Part shown: positions 1 to 13,300 of the stretch, piece after piece
Position numbering within the stretch: position 1 is the stretch's first letter
How the letters are laid out: every line of letters starts with the position of its first letter
Source of the DNA: Vitrella brassicaformis CCMP3155
Lineage: Eukaryota > Protista > Chromerida
Direction: 5' to 3'
Length of the DNA stretch: 64,000 nt
NCBI GenBank assembly: GCA_001179505.1
Contig: CDMY01000227.1
Coordinates: 186,001-250,000, forward strand
Position numbers and translations under genes: made by a program
Notes under the pieces: generated by a model
What the model was told of the DNA's origin: nothing
The model's input: only the letters and a program-made list of their open reading frames with translations
The model's database searches: none

Positions 1-940
1 GGACGCACCGCCCCGCACCACACCACCCCAGGGGCCAGGCCAAGCATCCCCCTCCCCCCTGCCGCCCCTTCCCTCCCTCTCTCCCTCTGTCGATGATGCT
101 GTGCAACACAGTCAGCAGATGTGACTGTACACAGAAGGGGTGCAAACAAAGAGGCGCAGAACTGTGCTGCCCGCAGAGAGACAAGAGGGACACGGAGAGG
201 CAGAGAGGGAGTGTGTGTGTGTGCATGTGTATAGACAGCCAGCCAGACAGCCAGATCGACAGACAGACCTAAGCCAGAAATACGACATTGGCCAATGCAG
301 CCAGGCAGGCAGGCAGGCAGGCCGCGACCACACGCACCAGACCCACTCACTCACAGGCGACAGACAGACAAACACACCAATCCAGCACCAGCATCAATCA
401 GCAGCCATCCCAGCACCCAACTAAGTCACCAATCCCACTTATCAGTTTTCCCTCTCTCTCTCTCTCTCTCTCTTGTCATCTTGGCCACCAAAACAGACAG
501 CAAACAGCCAGCTCATAGCAGTCAGTCAGTAAGGTAGGAGGCAAACAATGGTACAATGCAGTGCATGAGTGCACTCATTCCATCACACGACAAAACAATG
601 GTACACCCCATCAGCCGAGACTAGAAGGAGCCAGAGAGAGAAAGCGACAAAGAGCCGTACGTGTAGTCAGTCAGTATGCACAGAGAAAAATGCGATCGGG
701 GGAGAACAAGAAGCAGGCCAATAAGCCTGCCCCCCTCGTCCCCACACCATCCATCCATCCATCCACTCGGCCATATCATGCCTGCCTGCCTGCATCAACC
801 ATCCATGCGCTGCATCACACCATGGTCCCAGACTGTCTGTCCTGTCCAGCAGCTCTCGCCGCGTTTATATCGATACGCGAGAGCGCCGGCCAAAGTCACA
901 CACACCCGCACCCAGGCAGACGACGCCCACACGAGGCAGG

Positions 941-3153
941 TCACACCTCTTCCTTGGCCCGGACGCCTTCGCTTTGTGGGCTGCAGTCCCTCTCGCCTCC
1001 CAGCATGGTCGGGCTGTTTGGCAGAGACGAGGACGGGCCACAAATGCCGCCATAGTCGTGCAGCCGCGGCCTCGGCCACCCGCCCTCCCAGTCGCTGCAT
1101 GAACCATCCGCATGGTTCCTCCTTATGTCAATGCTGAGAACCCGATGGTGGTGGGTGTGGTGGCGGGTCTCCCTGCCGGCCATGGGCGAGTGGCTCGCGA
1201 CGTCCCTGCGGTTGCTCCGACTGTGTGTGTCGTGTTGGGTGAGGGCGTGCGCTGCGACTGCACCACCGGTGTGGATGTCGTTGTCTGATGGGCATGGGTC
1301 GTCGATGTCGATGCTGGTCATGGACAGAACCTTGGCGGGCGTCATGCCGCCGTGTCCGTTGGTCTGCTGGCTGGTGGAGAGCTCCTCCTCGTCGTAGAGG
1401 CCGTCCTCCTCCGCCAGGCCCTTGCGCTTGGTGCAGTCGTGGCTGTCGGTGCGGGTGAGGTTGGCCAGCTCCGAAAGACTGGCAGTGGTGCTCATGCGCA
1501 CGCGACGCTGCACCAACACACACACAAACGGGATCATTCATTCATATCAAATCATGCCATTCATTCAATCAGTCACGTGAAAGTCTCTCTCGCGCTACAC
1601 GTCCCTCCCGCTCCGCTACCCCCGCCCCGCTCTCTGGCTAATCAATCTCGCTTCTTGCTGCCCCCTGCTGCAGATCTACTGGCCGCAGCGCTCCCCTGGT
1701 CCCTTTCGCCACTGAGTGTGTCCATCATCATTACCTGCTCGCCAGCATGGTCGTCGCCGTGTGCGGTCCTGGCGTGGCTCCTCGCGAGAGTGACGACTCC
1801 CGCCAGGACGAGGGATATCCCCACGCCGTATAGCGATGGCAGCATGGGCCGCTCCCCCAGCACCACCATGCCCGCCACGCTGCGGCAGGCGATCAGGAAG
1901 GCCATCGTGGTGGGCACGATGAACACCGCCTGGAACTGATGGATGGATGATGGACGAAAAGAAACGACACACAATCAGGTGTGGTGTGGTGTGGATGGCA
2001 TGGCTTGTGTCGGGTGTTTTGGTGAGCTGGATGTGCTGTGCCTACCGTACCTGTGAGAGTCCCTTGTTGAAGAAGTATAGTTGGCCGAGAGCCGACCCCA
2101 CCGCAGCGATGACAAAGATATAGAACTCTCCCGGGAGCCCCAGGAACATCCCAGCCGTGAAGCCCGCGGCGTTGCCGGTGGCCCCGTTGGTGGCCTCCAC
2201 GCCCCGCTCCGCAGACGCCGCCACCTCCTTGGCATTAACCAGCTCGATGGCCGTCTTGGCTGCTATCGTCACATTCGCACCCCAAAGCGCCGCTGATGCT
2301 GCGAATGGATGGAGAGACAAACAAAGAGGCAGGCGGACGTGGATGCGATGCATGCCTAATGCATGTGACAGACACATTGCCTCTGTGTGGCTGCTCAGCG
2401 TCTCACCGGCAACACAGAACTGCTTGAGCCTGGGCCACTTCTCGACTATCTTTTGAGACCCGAGCACGGCCACCACGACTAGAGCCCCCCAGACGATGGC
2501 ATAGATAATGAAGGTGGGTCTCGTATAGAGGTAGACGACATCGGTGCGGCTGAATCCGCCGCTGCCGTGTGGGCCGTATAGGACGACCAAGAGGATGCCG
2601 CCGATGATGACCAGCGACCCGATGACGTCGGCCCGACCGATGGACTCACCCGTCAGGAAATAAGCCGCCAAGACATTCCAGAAGATATGCAGACCCTGAC
2701 AGACAGATCAATGGATGGATGGACACCAAGCAGAGGGCAGAGAGGACGGACACACACGCATGCACGTTGCATGTCTGCTTGCATGAAGCTTCCTTGTGTG
2801 TGTGGGAGGCATCTCATCTACCGCAAAGGGCGAGAGCATCGACTGAGCAGAACAGAAGGAGCGAACAAAACAGACAGAGATGTCATAAACCCATCCATCA
2901 ACAGACAGACCAGGCCCCCTCCCATGCCTCTCACCGCTGCAGCGAAGGTCAGGCCTCCGAGAGTGAGTAGAGGGTCCACCACAGCAATCATGACGATGCC
3001 AATGAGCCACAGCGGCCTCTTGATAAGAGGACGTTGCTCCGAAGCGGCCTTCTGTCGCTCCTTGACAAAGCTCAGTCGGACCAGATTGTCCGCTATCGCC
3101 CCCTGGCACGAGTTGACGGCGGCCAACGCCACACCCAGCCACCACATGCCCAT
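941..3153 (-). CDS. NIPA-like / DMT-superfamily magnesium transporter (multi-exon, about 9 TM) with a disordered C-terminal tail
   Basis: Spliced exons read MGMWWLGVALAAVNSCQGAIADNL...RPLWLIGIVM, AAYFLTGESIGRADVIGSLVIIGGILLVVLYGP, QLYFFNKGLSQ, FQAVFIVPT. These match the NIPA pattern (LW.G, FL.E...D..G, YFNKAL, ..VP). The donor CAG|GTAATG near 1734 joins in phase 0 to the acceptor near 1507, adding the tail exon that ends at 941. Confidence 0.8.
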
Positions 3154-3993
3154 TCTCGACGAGGGGGGCACACTATCGACGCTTCAGCGGTCCTCAGAGG
3201 GGAATCGTTGTTCCGATACGCCCGTTCTCAGCTCAAGTCTTTCGGGAGAAAACAACTCGTCGCCGCTTCAGGCGATTCATCAGCTCGATGGGCTCACCAT
3301 ATTGCCATCCATATCACCTCGCCAGTCCTGTTTTTTCCTCTCCGTTTCGTGCGAGCTCAAACAATACTGCGAGCTCGGTTGGAAGAGGAGAGACAGGCGC
3401 CGGGGAGAGAGAGGGATGGGGTGGGAGCAAGATCCCGACTCAGTCACGCTTGTTGTGTTGTGTGCGTGCAGGTGTGCTTTGGAGGCCAAGCTGCTGATCA
3501 ACGATCTGCACACACGAGAATATTGACGCAGATCTGCAGGTGGCGGAAGAAGCGGAGGAATGCGGAGCGAGCGATAAAGAGAGCGAGCGACCAGCGAACT
3601 CATGAGGTTCGTTAGGTTAGGTAATGGATGCACTCGTATACGTGTTGATTTGAGTGGGGGCCGGCCACATGCTGAGACATGGAATGAGCGATGAGATCCC
3701 CACACGTGGGCGCATTGGATGACTGGGTGCTTTTAAGATGAAAAGGAGAGGCATGCAGTAGCGCGTCTCTTGGTGAACAGCTTCAATTAATGACTGATTG
3801 CGCATGCAATGAGCAACAATCCAACACTTTTCAAGGACGGAAGCCAAGAATCTCTATTTCTTACATTCCAAGAACAAAATGGCACACTGACTGATTGACG
3901 GACGGAGAACAAGGGCCTAGCTAGAGAGCAAATGACAATGAAGACGGGACTCACGAACCCAAGAACGTGCGAAGGTGGTTAAGGAAGGATCAG

Positions 3994-5963
3994 CTAGCTG
4001 TTCAGGTGGATGAGAGCCGACACGAGGGAGGCCAAAAGCGCCACACTGACAGCAGGGAGACACCTGCACACACCAACACAAGCTGGGTCAGCGCAAGATC
4101 TTCTTCCTCTCTTCGTTTGGATCTTTCTTGCTTACCTCCCCGCAGCGCCCCTAGCGCCCCTCTGGTTCTGGTCCCGGGGGGCGACGGTCCTGTGTGTCAT
4201 GAATTACCAACCACCGATGACCACATGTATACGATGTGAGGGAAGATGGTTTGCATACATATCGACCATATACAGCTTACGGGCCGAGCCCTTCGGTAGT
4301 ACCACCAGGAGGGGCGGATGTCGATGGGGATGTCGATGGCCTGGTCGATGGCCTGCACGGCAGGCCACGAGACAGACGTTGCGTTCATGATGTATGTATG
4401 TATGTGTGTATGTGTGTATGGGTGTGTGTCTCACTCACTCCAACAGCCCGCCTTCGGGGCCCCCTGGTTGAAGTCCGATGTCGCAACCCTCGGGGCGGTC
4501 GCACCTGCCACACACATCGATCACACATGTTGCTCCTGATCTTCTCCTCCCACACAGAAGGTGTTTGTGCGTGTCTCTCGCTGACCCTTGTCCCTCCGTT
4601 CCCTCCGTGCCGCCTGCGCCGGTGCCTAGTACACTTGGAGCCGGGGTGATACCTCCGGTGCCAGGTGCACTTGGTGCCGATGTGACACCTGATGGAGCAT
4701 CAGTTTGTGATGGAGGCAAGCTGCATACACGTCGACACACCAGAGGGTCGGGAGAATCGATCAACGAAGATCTGTAGACGCTCTTTCTGCGCATGTCTGG
4801 CTTACGGTGTGCTTGTGGTGGTGCTGGTAGGCTCTTCTGTGGTCGTCGTACGCTCTGCAGCATTACACAGCACGAGACAAGGCCGCCAGTCCATCGCCTT
4901 GCACCCCTTCATTCGTGCCAGCTCACGTTTGATGATGACCGATCCCACGCTGACGGAGAAGTCCCCCGGTGCGCCGCTCGCACATGCCGCCTCTTTGCAG
5001 AAGCACAGCGAGTAATCTCCCGCATCTGTCGCCGGCAGTAGTGTGAAAGTGTAGAGCTTGTTTCCCACTGCCAAGTCTCTCTCCTTTGTCCCTTTGGCAG
5101 GGGCCGATCCGCTGGCGATGTTTCCGTCGTTGGATGGGGAGCATGGGGCGTCCACAAGGGCGACGTAGTAGTCGTCTGAGTCGCCATACATCTCCAAAGA
5201 GAATTTCGGACATGGCTCACCAGCGACACACTCGATGGCCAGGTCAGTCGTAAGCGGCCCTGCATGCATTGAGTGTATCCACAATCACACACAAGGGACA
5301 AACAGGTGCTCGCGGCGCTGGCTGCATCCTGACCATAGTTTTCGAGCGTCCCGGCTGGCGTCTCGAAGCTCTGGGGCGACTTGGTGACAGTCTCCTCTGT
5401 GCAGGAGGACGCAGAACACCTAACCATGAACCGACACATGTACAAATGAAATGGCTTGATGACAATCGGCCTGTAGAACGCATACCAACAGAGGTTGTAT
5501 CTTCCTGCCGGTATGGGCTGCTTGAAGGTGTACACTGATGTGGTTCTCAGTGCGGAACTAGATGTGCGTGTCCCCTTTGCATATGTCGCTCGGAAATCGT
5601 TGCTTGTCAGGTCAGAACTGCATATGCACATTGATCAGATGACCCCGTGCCTCCCCGGGCTCCTTGCTGACCATTCCTTCCCCTCAACAGCAATGATGAT
5701 ATCCCCGTCTTCCAGCGAGCCCACGTTCATTGCCGTTAACGCATACGAGCAAGGCTTCCCTGCCCAGCACGTCAGAGCCTCGAAAGGATCGAAAGAAGGC
5801 TGAGCTCCTGACGAGCAGAACATATCATATCTGAATGCCACGGATATTGCTTGCGGCAGAGCAGCTCATTGGGCCGTGATGAAAGCTGACCTGCGAGTCT
5901 GTTGTGGTAGGCGGCCAACAATAGGGCCCACAAAAGCAGCAAGAGAGGGAATGGTGACATCAT
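3994..5963 (-). CDS. Secreted, probably GPI-anchored, Cys-rich surface protein with a Thr/Pro-rich stalk
   Basis: N-terminal MMSPFPLLLLLWALLLAAY signal peptide. Two Cys-containing beta-rich modules (LTCWAGKPCSY...GRYNLCW; IECVAGEPCPKF...GDYSLCFCKEAAC). A TTTTEEPTSTTTSTP stalk. The spliced C-terminus RGARGAAGR-CLPAVSVALLASLVSALIHLNS* has small residues followed by a hydrophobic tail. Confidence 0.6.
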
Positions 5964-6055
5964 TTTCTTGGGAGGGAAGGGCGCTCGGGAGTCGCGGGGG
6001 CCGGCCCCAATTTTTTGCACGGCTGCCGAGTGCAATTGGCCGAGTGGTAGAGAGG

Positions 6056-7740
6056 ATGGCTGCCCTTGAGGATGCGGCTGCACAAGTCCATCCGTATCTG
6101 GATGGTATCGAGCTGCTCAAGGGACCTGACAAAGGTACGGGGCAGGTCTCTGGCTGGATCAGCACTCACGAATGGTGTGCGCCTGCTTCCTCAGTGAGCA
6201 AGGCTCTGCGCGACACTGTGAACGCTGGAGATGGGCTATGGCAGACACAGGTGCGCCTGGACAGAGGGATCTCTGCCACACGTTCTTCGTTTTTGTTCAT
6301 CCTGACGTGGTTTGGTGTATGCAGTACCACCGTTCGTTCCGCTCCAGCACGATCCGCATGGTTCAAGGCGCCTCCCACTTTCCCCCTCCCGCCACCCACA
6401 CCTCACGGTCCTCACCTGCACCCACCGGCCAGTCCGCGCACTCAAGGAGATACACGCCGCTGCCCGACAACGACTACCGCACAGCCTACGAGCGGGCAAA
6501 TAAGGTGGCTACGATGGGCTCTAGGGGCTGTGGGGTAAGCGCCCTGCAGTGGGGAAGGGCCACATGCCAGTGGCGGCCGGAGATGGCGCGCAGCAGACCA
6601 TGCCTCTTCATGATGGGGGATTACCTCTATGTGTTTGGTGAGAAAAAGAAGCACTGCCAGGCAGCGTCGCATCCATGTACGGAGGGAGGGCATCGAAGGT
6701 GGCGTGTGTCCGTCAGGTGGCGTGATTGCTGACGCCAACTACAAGACCGATCTGTGGCGGCTGTCCATCAAGTCGCTGTTGTCGAAGGGCAAGTACGACT
6801 GGCAGGAGTGCGCGGTCGACGGGACGCCTCCAGCCGCATCCGACTCCATGACCCTCACCTGCATCCACATCCCCTCCCCTGCCACGCCCACGTCCCTCTC
6901 AGAACCAGAGCTGCCGCAGAGATACTTCGCATGTGGCGGGCCGGCCTCTCCGAATGACACCAGGCCCAAGGAGACGTTCTGGGGCGTCCTGGAGATCAGA
7001 AAGGAGGCAAAGGAGGCAGCGGAGGGTGTGGTGAGGGGAGAGGGCGAGGGCGGGGAGGGGAGTGAGCATCGGTACGAGTGGGTGACAAGGGAGCGGCTCA
7101 ACTGCCAGCAGGTGGAGTGGAAGATGCAGAGGAGGAGCCGGTCGCGGGTCAATATGTATATCGATCCCTGGCCTTTAGACAGGTACGCAATCTGGCGGTG
7201 AGAGAATGCCCCTACGAACCGGGGCGGATTGGAGGCAGTGCTTTCCTCTTTTCCTCCACTTGTACTTCTTCTTGGTCTTGAACGTACAACCACTGTGTCA
7301 GGATGTATTCTTCCTCCACGTTTGTGCCCATTCGGTCGCCTGAGCACCCCCATGGGTTCGTTCTCCTCTTCGGAGGGCGCGACTTGTCGTACAGGTAAGC
7401 ATTGGGGAAGCGGTGGTACAGACCGATGGGCGGCTTGAGCGTCCATGTGTGTGTGTGTGCGTATCAGGGAGACGTCGAACGTGCACACGATCGTAGACGT
7501 GGCGAAATGGATCTTCGATGAGTAAAGGGAACTGGTTCTTGACTTGCAGGGAACTGGTTCTTGACTTGCAGGGTTCTTACCTTCCACCGTAGGTCGTTCC
7601 CCAACCCCGGTCCCCTCCCCCGCCTCAACCACACCGCCACACTCGTCAGAGACCGATTCGTATTCATAATCGGCGGAGAGGGTACGCATTCAAGTGAGAG
7701 AGTGACTGGGAGATCGAGTGAGTGATTTGCAGTCAGCCGA

Positions 7741-7776
<36 letters not shown>

Positions 7777-9694
7777 TGTGTGCAGAGCGGGAGTATGAGT
7801 CCGCGGGTGGCGACAACATAGCCTGGTTCGACAACCAGAGTGGCTGGCTCAAAAACGTGGTCATCTTCGACGGACTCAGCAAGAGGTCAAGGAGCGAACC
7901 ACACATAAGCACGGGACTTCATGGACCTATGGACGTATGTGTCTCTCTCGGGCATGGATGCAGCTGGGTGGCCTTCGAGGACCTGCCGTGGGTGTGCAAG
8001 CCGATGGCCAAGTTCAGCATATCGCACAGGGGCAGAGCGAAGCTCAAGGCGCACAAGGGGGGAGGATTCAAGATACGCATGAGGACAGCACCGTCTGTGA
8101 CCACACTGCGCAACAAGGACGCCATCGTGCCCGCTGTAGACGGTCACTTCAGTATGCATGGAGCTGTCACGGACAAAGATATAATATCACTCGGTTGCCG
8201 CCCTGCCTCTATCAGATGACGTGTTTGGTGGTTTTCACGAGGAGTGGGACGACAAAGGGCATCCCCTTGCTCGCGTCGGCTCCGACCTGGCCTTCGAGCG
8301 ACACACCGCCGTACTCGCAGGTGCGTAGAGATGCAGACAACAACCGAAGGCTTATCCATCAATCACTTCCGGCTGTCTCTTTCTCTCCCTCCCTCTTAGG
8401 TGACAAGATAGTGCTCATGACCGGCTACTGTGAGCGCACGTCGTCGGGCGAGCGCCGCGGCGGCACCAGGACGGTGATCTTCGACACGGTCACGGGCCGG
8501 TTCACCACCCCGTCCTTCGCCCCCCCACCCACACCACACACCCTCCCCTACCAGGGCCCCGCCACCAACGCCGCGGCCGCCGTGTGGACGGGGAGTGAGG
8601 TGATAGTGTACGGCGGGGCAACCATGCTGCACCCCATGTACGACTTCCACTACCACCCGCCGGATTCGTGCTGCCCATCCGAGTCCAGCTGCAGTGACGA
8701 CGAGAGCGAGACGGAGTCGTCCTTGTCGGACGGCTTCGGCTACAAGTACAAGTTTCCACACTACAGACCCAAGTACCGCAAAGGCGAATTCGTGACGGAC
8801 GACTTCTACGACGATGAATTTGAGGACTTCACCAGACACGGGCAGCCCAAGGACGCCACCATCAGCGTGCTGGGGGTCATCGATGGCAAGACGGGACAGC
8901 AGCTCGTGCCTGTCGACAGACAACAGGAGGTCGGTACGATTGCTCTTCAAACATGTCGACGGAAATGCCTCTTTGACGTGTGTGTCCTGTGTGTCAGGTG
9001 TCGTCTTTCAGCGATCGCTACGCGACGGACAGCGCCTGGTGGCAGGAGTTCCACCTCGACGATGCGGCGACCGAGGCACTCATCGATGAGAGGTGGGAGG
9101 CTTTCCGCGCACAGAGGAGGCAGGAGGCCCTGATGGACAGGGAGACACGAGGCGAGCAGGAGGGGGAGGGGGATAGCGACTCAGCAGAAGAGGAGTCTCA
9201 TGACAGGTGTGGAAACCATGACTGAATGGATGGACACGCGCATAGGCTAGTATAGGTCATTGCATGGGTGTGGGTGTGTCTCCGTCTTTGTCCCGTGGTG
9301 TGGTGCAGCAAGGTGTTTGGTCAGGAGAGGAGACCCACACGCTTTCAACTTATCACCAAGTTCTACCCACGAATCGGGTACATACGCGAGACACTATGGA
9401 CGCCTCCCGCACCACGTGCTGCGTGCCTTCTTCAGGACGGTCCGCAGCGATTACGTCTTGTCGTCCCGTGGTGCGTTGCCTGTCTCTGTGCCGGCCCCCG
9501 ACAAGAGCAGCAGCGGCAGCAGCAGCGACACGAACAAGAAGGTGAGCAAGATGCAGCCAAAGGGAGGCAGTAGTGGCAGTGACGATTGCGATATCGATGC
9601 CAATGGCGACGGCGGTGGGGGGTGTCATTATTGGGGAGGGGAGGAGGGGGGTATTGCGTGCTGGCTGTGGGATGGTGGAGAGGGCATGAAGTAG
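6056..9694 (+). CDS. F-box-like / Kelch-repeat protein (multi-exon)
   Basis: The spliced N-terminus VHPYLDGIELLKGPDKVSKALRDTVNAGDGLWQTQYHRSF is F-box-like. Kelch blades: RSRPCLFMMGDYLYVFG, HPHGFVLLFGGRD, PLPRLNHTATLVRDRFVFIIGG, AAAAVWTGSEVIVYGG. Splice phases were consistent at the junctions I checked. Confidence 0.7.
7528..7571 (+). repeat. Perfect 22-bp tandem duplication (ggaactggttcttgacttgcag x2) inside a 50-nt intron
   Basis: Read directly: copies at 7528-7549 and 7550-7571, each ending in CAG. Confidence 0.9.
7741..7785 (+). repeat. (TC)9(TG)12 microsatellite directly abutting a splice acceptor, representative of introns across the window
   Basis: tctctc...tgtgtg...tgCAG|AGCGGGAGTATGAG. 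Confidence 0.85.
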
Positions 9695-10350
9695 ACACCA
9701 GCTCAACTCTCGATGGGTTGCACTCATGGGCGGTACGAGTGTGAGTGTTTGTGCTACAAAACGGCAGCGCGTTCATGGGGATATTGCTCGATCACAGGTC
9801 AAATTCATGCAGACATGTACATACACTGACATCAGTGGCGCACACCTATCGATGGGGTCATCACTCACCAAATCTACCATCCACCAACCCACTAGCCGGT
9901 TGTCCATCCATCCATCCATCCATCGACTGACTGCAGCACAACACACTCCATCCGCCCACCCACCTCCCGCTTTGGGGAGGCAATAGGGAATTATTATTGA
10001 TTTCGCGAGCCAACACAACACAACACACCAACCAGCAGCACATCTATCTGATCTGCACCTACACCCATCCATCGCATGCCTCCGATCACAGTGACACCGC
10101 GGCCCAGACCAGACCAGCCCACCCCGGTCACTCTACTTCGTGTCCCTTCTTCTTACTTACATGCCCCAGATAGATAAACTGACACAACCAACCAACCAAC
10201 CAACCAACACACGCCCAGCTAACCTATGGGAAAAACCAGCAGCATCGATCGCATCCTGCCTGCCTGGTGTCTCGTCTAGACTACTGTCCACCCCCAGCCA
10301 CGCCCACAGAGACGGACGACATGACGTGCCTACACACAGGAATCTACCTA

Positions 10351-13300
10351 CTACGTCGGCTGCTTGAGCTCACTGACGGCAGTCACGCTACTGCTGCCCA
10401 TGGCGGCCTTGGCGGGAGCTAGACCGCCACCGCTGCCGCTGCGCTTCGACCGCCGGTGGCTGTGGGGTTTCAGCCTCACCAAGGCATTCACGCTCCTCCC
10501 TGCCGCATCCGTTGTCGACGATGGGGCCTCTCCCCCGTCAGCCGAGGGAGCCGTGGGCAGCGGTAAGTTGGGGTTGATGATCGTGGGGCCGCTGACAGAC
10601 GATGCCGTGAGAGACAGGGGAGGGGAACTGAGGGCTCTGGACCGACGGCGCTGCTCCCTGTCCACTCGTCTCTGTGTGGGGGTCATGGACTCGCCCCCAC
10701 TCTCCACGCCACTCCCTCGGCTGCTGCTCTTAACGCGCGCGTGATGTGGCCGCATGGGCGGGATGAGCCCTGGAGAGAGCGACCGAGGGCTGCTCGAGGG
10801 GGCCCTAGGCGGTTTCACTGCTGCTGCCGCTGTGGCCGATTCCTGCTGGCCTCTCTGCCTCAGCTGGTCCCTGGTGCCGCTGCCGCCCGTAGTGTTGCTC
10901 ATGCAGTCGTCAGCCAGCGGAGGGGCCGAGACATCTCCGTCACACATGACAGTGGGTGGCATCATCCGCGACGAGGGAGAGGGCGACGACCGGGTGGTCA
11001 TGGCGTCGCCCTTGTCATTGACAGGGATCATCTCTTCGAGGCACAGGACGACCTTGCGCGATGCAGTGCGGGGGTGTAGCGCGGGCGAGGGAGGTGTGGG
11101 GGTGGATGGGGGGGTTGGCGGGTCGTCAGGGTCTTCGGTGACAAATTGGGATGGCTCCGCGAGAGTGGCCACTGATGTCGTGCTGGCGGGGGACACCATG
11201 TCGTCACACGCCGTCGTGTTGGAGTGAGAGTCCTCGCCCCCCCCTGACCCTCCAGCATTGCCACTGCCATTGCCGTTTTCTTCCTTTGCCGGTCCCTCCG
11301 TGTGTTGCTCATTCGCGGCCAGCATCATGCCCATGGCCCCCTCTCCCTCGGTGCCAAAAGTGGGGGTGGGCATCTCACTCGGCGTGTGGGGGGAGGACGC
11401 GCCCCCGTTGGTGTAGTAGTACGCCCCACAGTGGCGGGCATATCTGCCCAGCTCGGTCGTGATGCCGTCGCCCTCCCTGATGCTCTTGGACGACGCAGAG
11501 GCGGAGAGCAGGGTCCTCTGCGCGTCGTCTGCCGCTGTGGCAGCGGCCTTCTTGGCCCTGCAGCGGCGGATGATCACGACGATAGCGATGATCATGACGG
11601 CGAGGAGGCCCTCGCCGCTCAGCAGCACCCACACCCATGCTGGGATGGACGAGGACTCGTGCTGGGCGTGGGTATCGTCTCCTGTTTTGCCGCTCTTGTC
11701 GGCGTCATGGTGGTCGGTGAGCATGTCCGCTGACGCGAAAGGCGGGTGGGCGGAGTCGATTTCGAAGAGCGACTGCTGGTGCAGTGCTGAGAGAGGCGAC
11801 TGGACTGCCGACCTCCATTGCTGCGTGATCGAGGGAAGCCGGATGGCCTCGATGCGGTCCAGTACCACACTGACACGAAAAAAGAGGGAGGCAAAACAAG
11901 CGTTGTGAGGATGGATGGCATGTTGTGGGGCTTCCATCCATCCATACCGTATAACAACGATGACAGATCCTTGTCTGAAGGCTTCGACGGTCACCGCCCG
12001 CGGCGAGACGTCCAGGGTGCGAGCCACAAGACCCACCAGCTGACGACTGATGCTCTCGCGCAACGAATCACTCTGCAGACAAATCCCACACAGGGTGATT
12101 CATGAGTGCACATGTGTTTATGAGGCCATCTTCCCCTCCTTCTAACCTTGATGACTTTGCTGTACTCGTAGTTGGTCAGCCTGAGGCTGAGCAGGTGTGT
12201 CTCGCCCACCATCTCCCCTGCACTTCCACCCACCTCCCCAGTGAAGACATGGGGGTCCTCCCTGGCCAAGGCGGCCGACCCACCGGCAATGATGATCTCC
12301 TTCGGCAGTGACGTCACGGGCGTTGCCGTCGGCTTGCTCCACCGACCGTCGGGCGCACGAGATGGTGCGTTGTTGTGGGGATGGTCATGCTGGTCCTCCT
12401 CTGACCGGTTCCTCGCACTAGTGTTCTCTGTCTTGGCTTCCTCCGTTTTGTTGCTGTCGTCCTGTGAGCCCTGCTGCTGCTGCTGCTGCTGGTCCACAGA
12501 CAGGATGAAAGGTCTCTCTGCAGACGCGCTGCCCTCTGCGTCGTCGCCAGGGGTGAGTGCCGGGGATGGCGAGAGGAAGTCCCTCCCCTCTTGTGTGTCG
12601 TTGCCGCTTGCCTCAGCAGGGACAGGAGTGGTGGGCGCCAGGGTGAGGGGGACTGGGCTGGTGGCTTTGGGTGGTGGAGAAGGAGGAGGTGTGTCCCGCG
12701 GCTCTGGGGGCGGCAGCAGGTCTTTCGCAGAAGCAATGACGACCCCTGTGCTCTCGGCCTCCTGTGCGTTGGTCTCCTCGCCTTCACTCACAGCAGGGGG
12801 AGGGGTCGTCGGGATCTCTGCCTGCGTCGCCGCCTCATGTTCATCTTGCTCTCGGTCTTCTCGCTTTGGCTTCTGCTCTTTCGTCGATGCGGTGGGCTCC
12901 TCCTGCTGCTGGCCGTCGTGGTGGGGGAGGTCTCCTCTGCCGTCATCATCTTCTTTTGGACGCATCTCTGTCTTCTCAGCCGCAGCCGCCTCTGTGCCCT
13001 CCTTCGTCTTCTCGGCGAGCCGTTCTTCTCTCTCTTTCTCTCTCCGCGAGCGGCGGCTGGCCCTTGCCTCTGCCTGGATGGAGGGAAAGGTGGAGGTGTC
13101 GGAGCCGTCGCCACGTGCCGCCTGGATCTGCAAGATGGCGTCCTCCTCCTCCTCAGCAGCAGCAGGCTGCGGAGTGGTCGCTGCTGCTGCAGGCCTATTG
13201 GCTGACGTCTTGTCGGCCTTGCTGTCCTTGTCGTCTTTGTTCTGCGCTCGTTCCGCCTCTTCTGCCAGCCTGGCCGCCTCCTCTTGTCGCTCTTCCTGCT

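Noticed and set aside
1642-1734. Apparent premature TGA or readthrough at the end of the NIPA ORF (SKKRD*)
   Set aside because: A strong phase-0 donor (CAG|GTAATG) upstream places the stop inside an intron, and the gene continues in the 941-1507 exon.
6739-7689. 316-aa antisense ORF inside the Kelch gene
   Set aside because: The plus strand splices into canonical kelch motifs. The antisense ORF has no recognisable features and is expected in GC-rich coding DNA.
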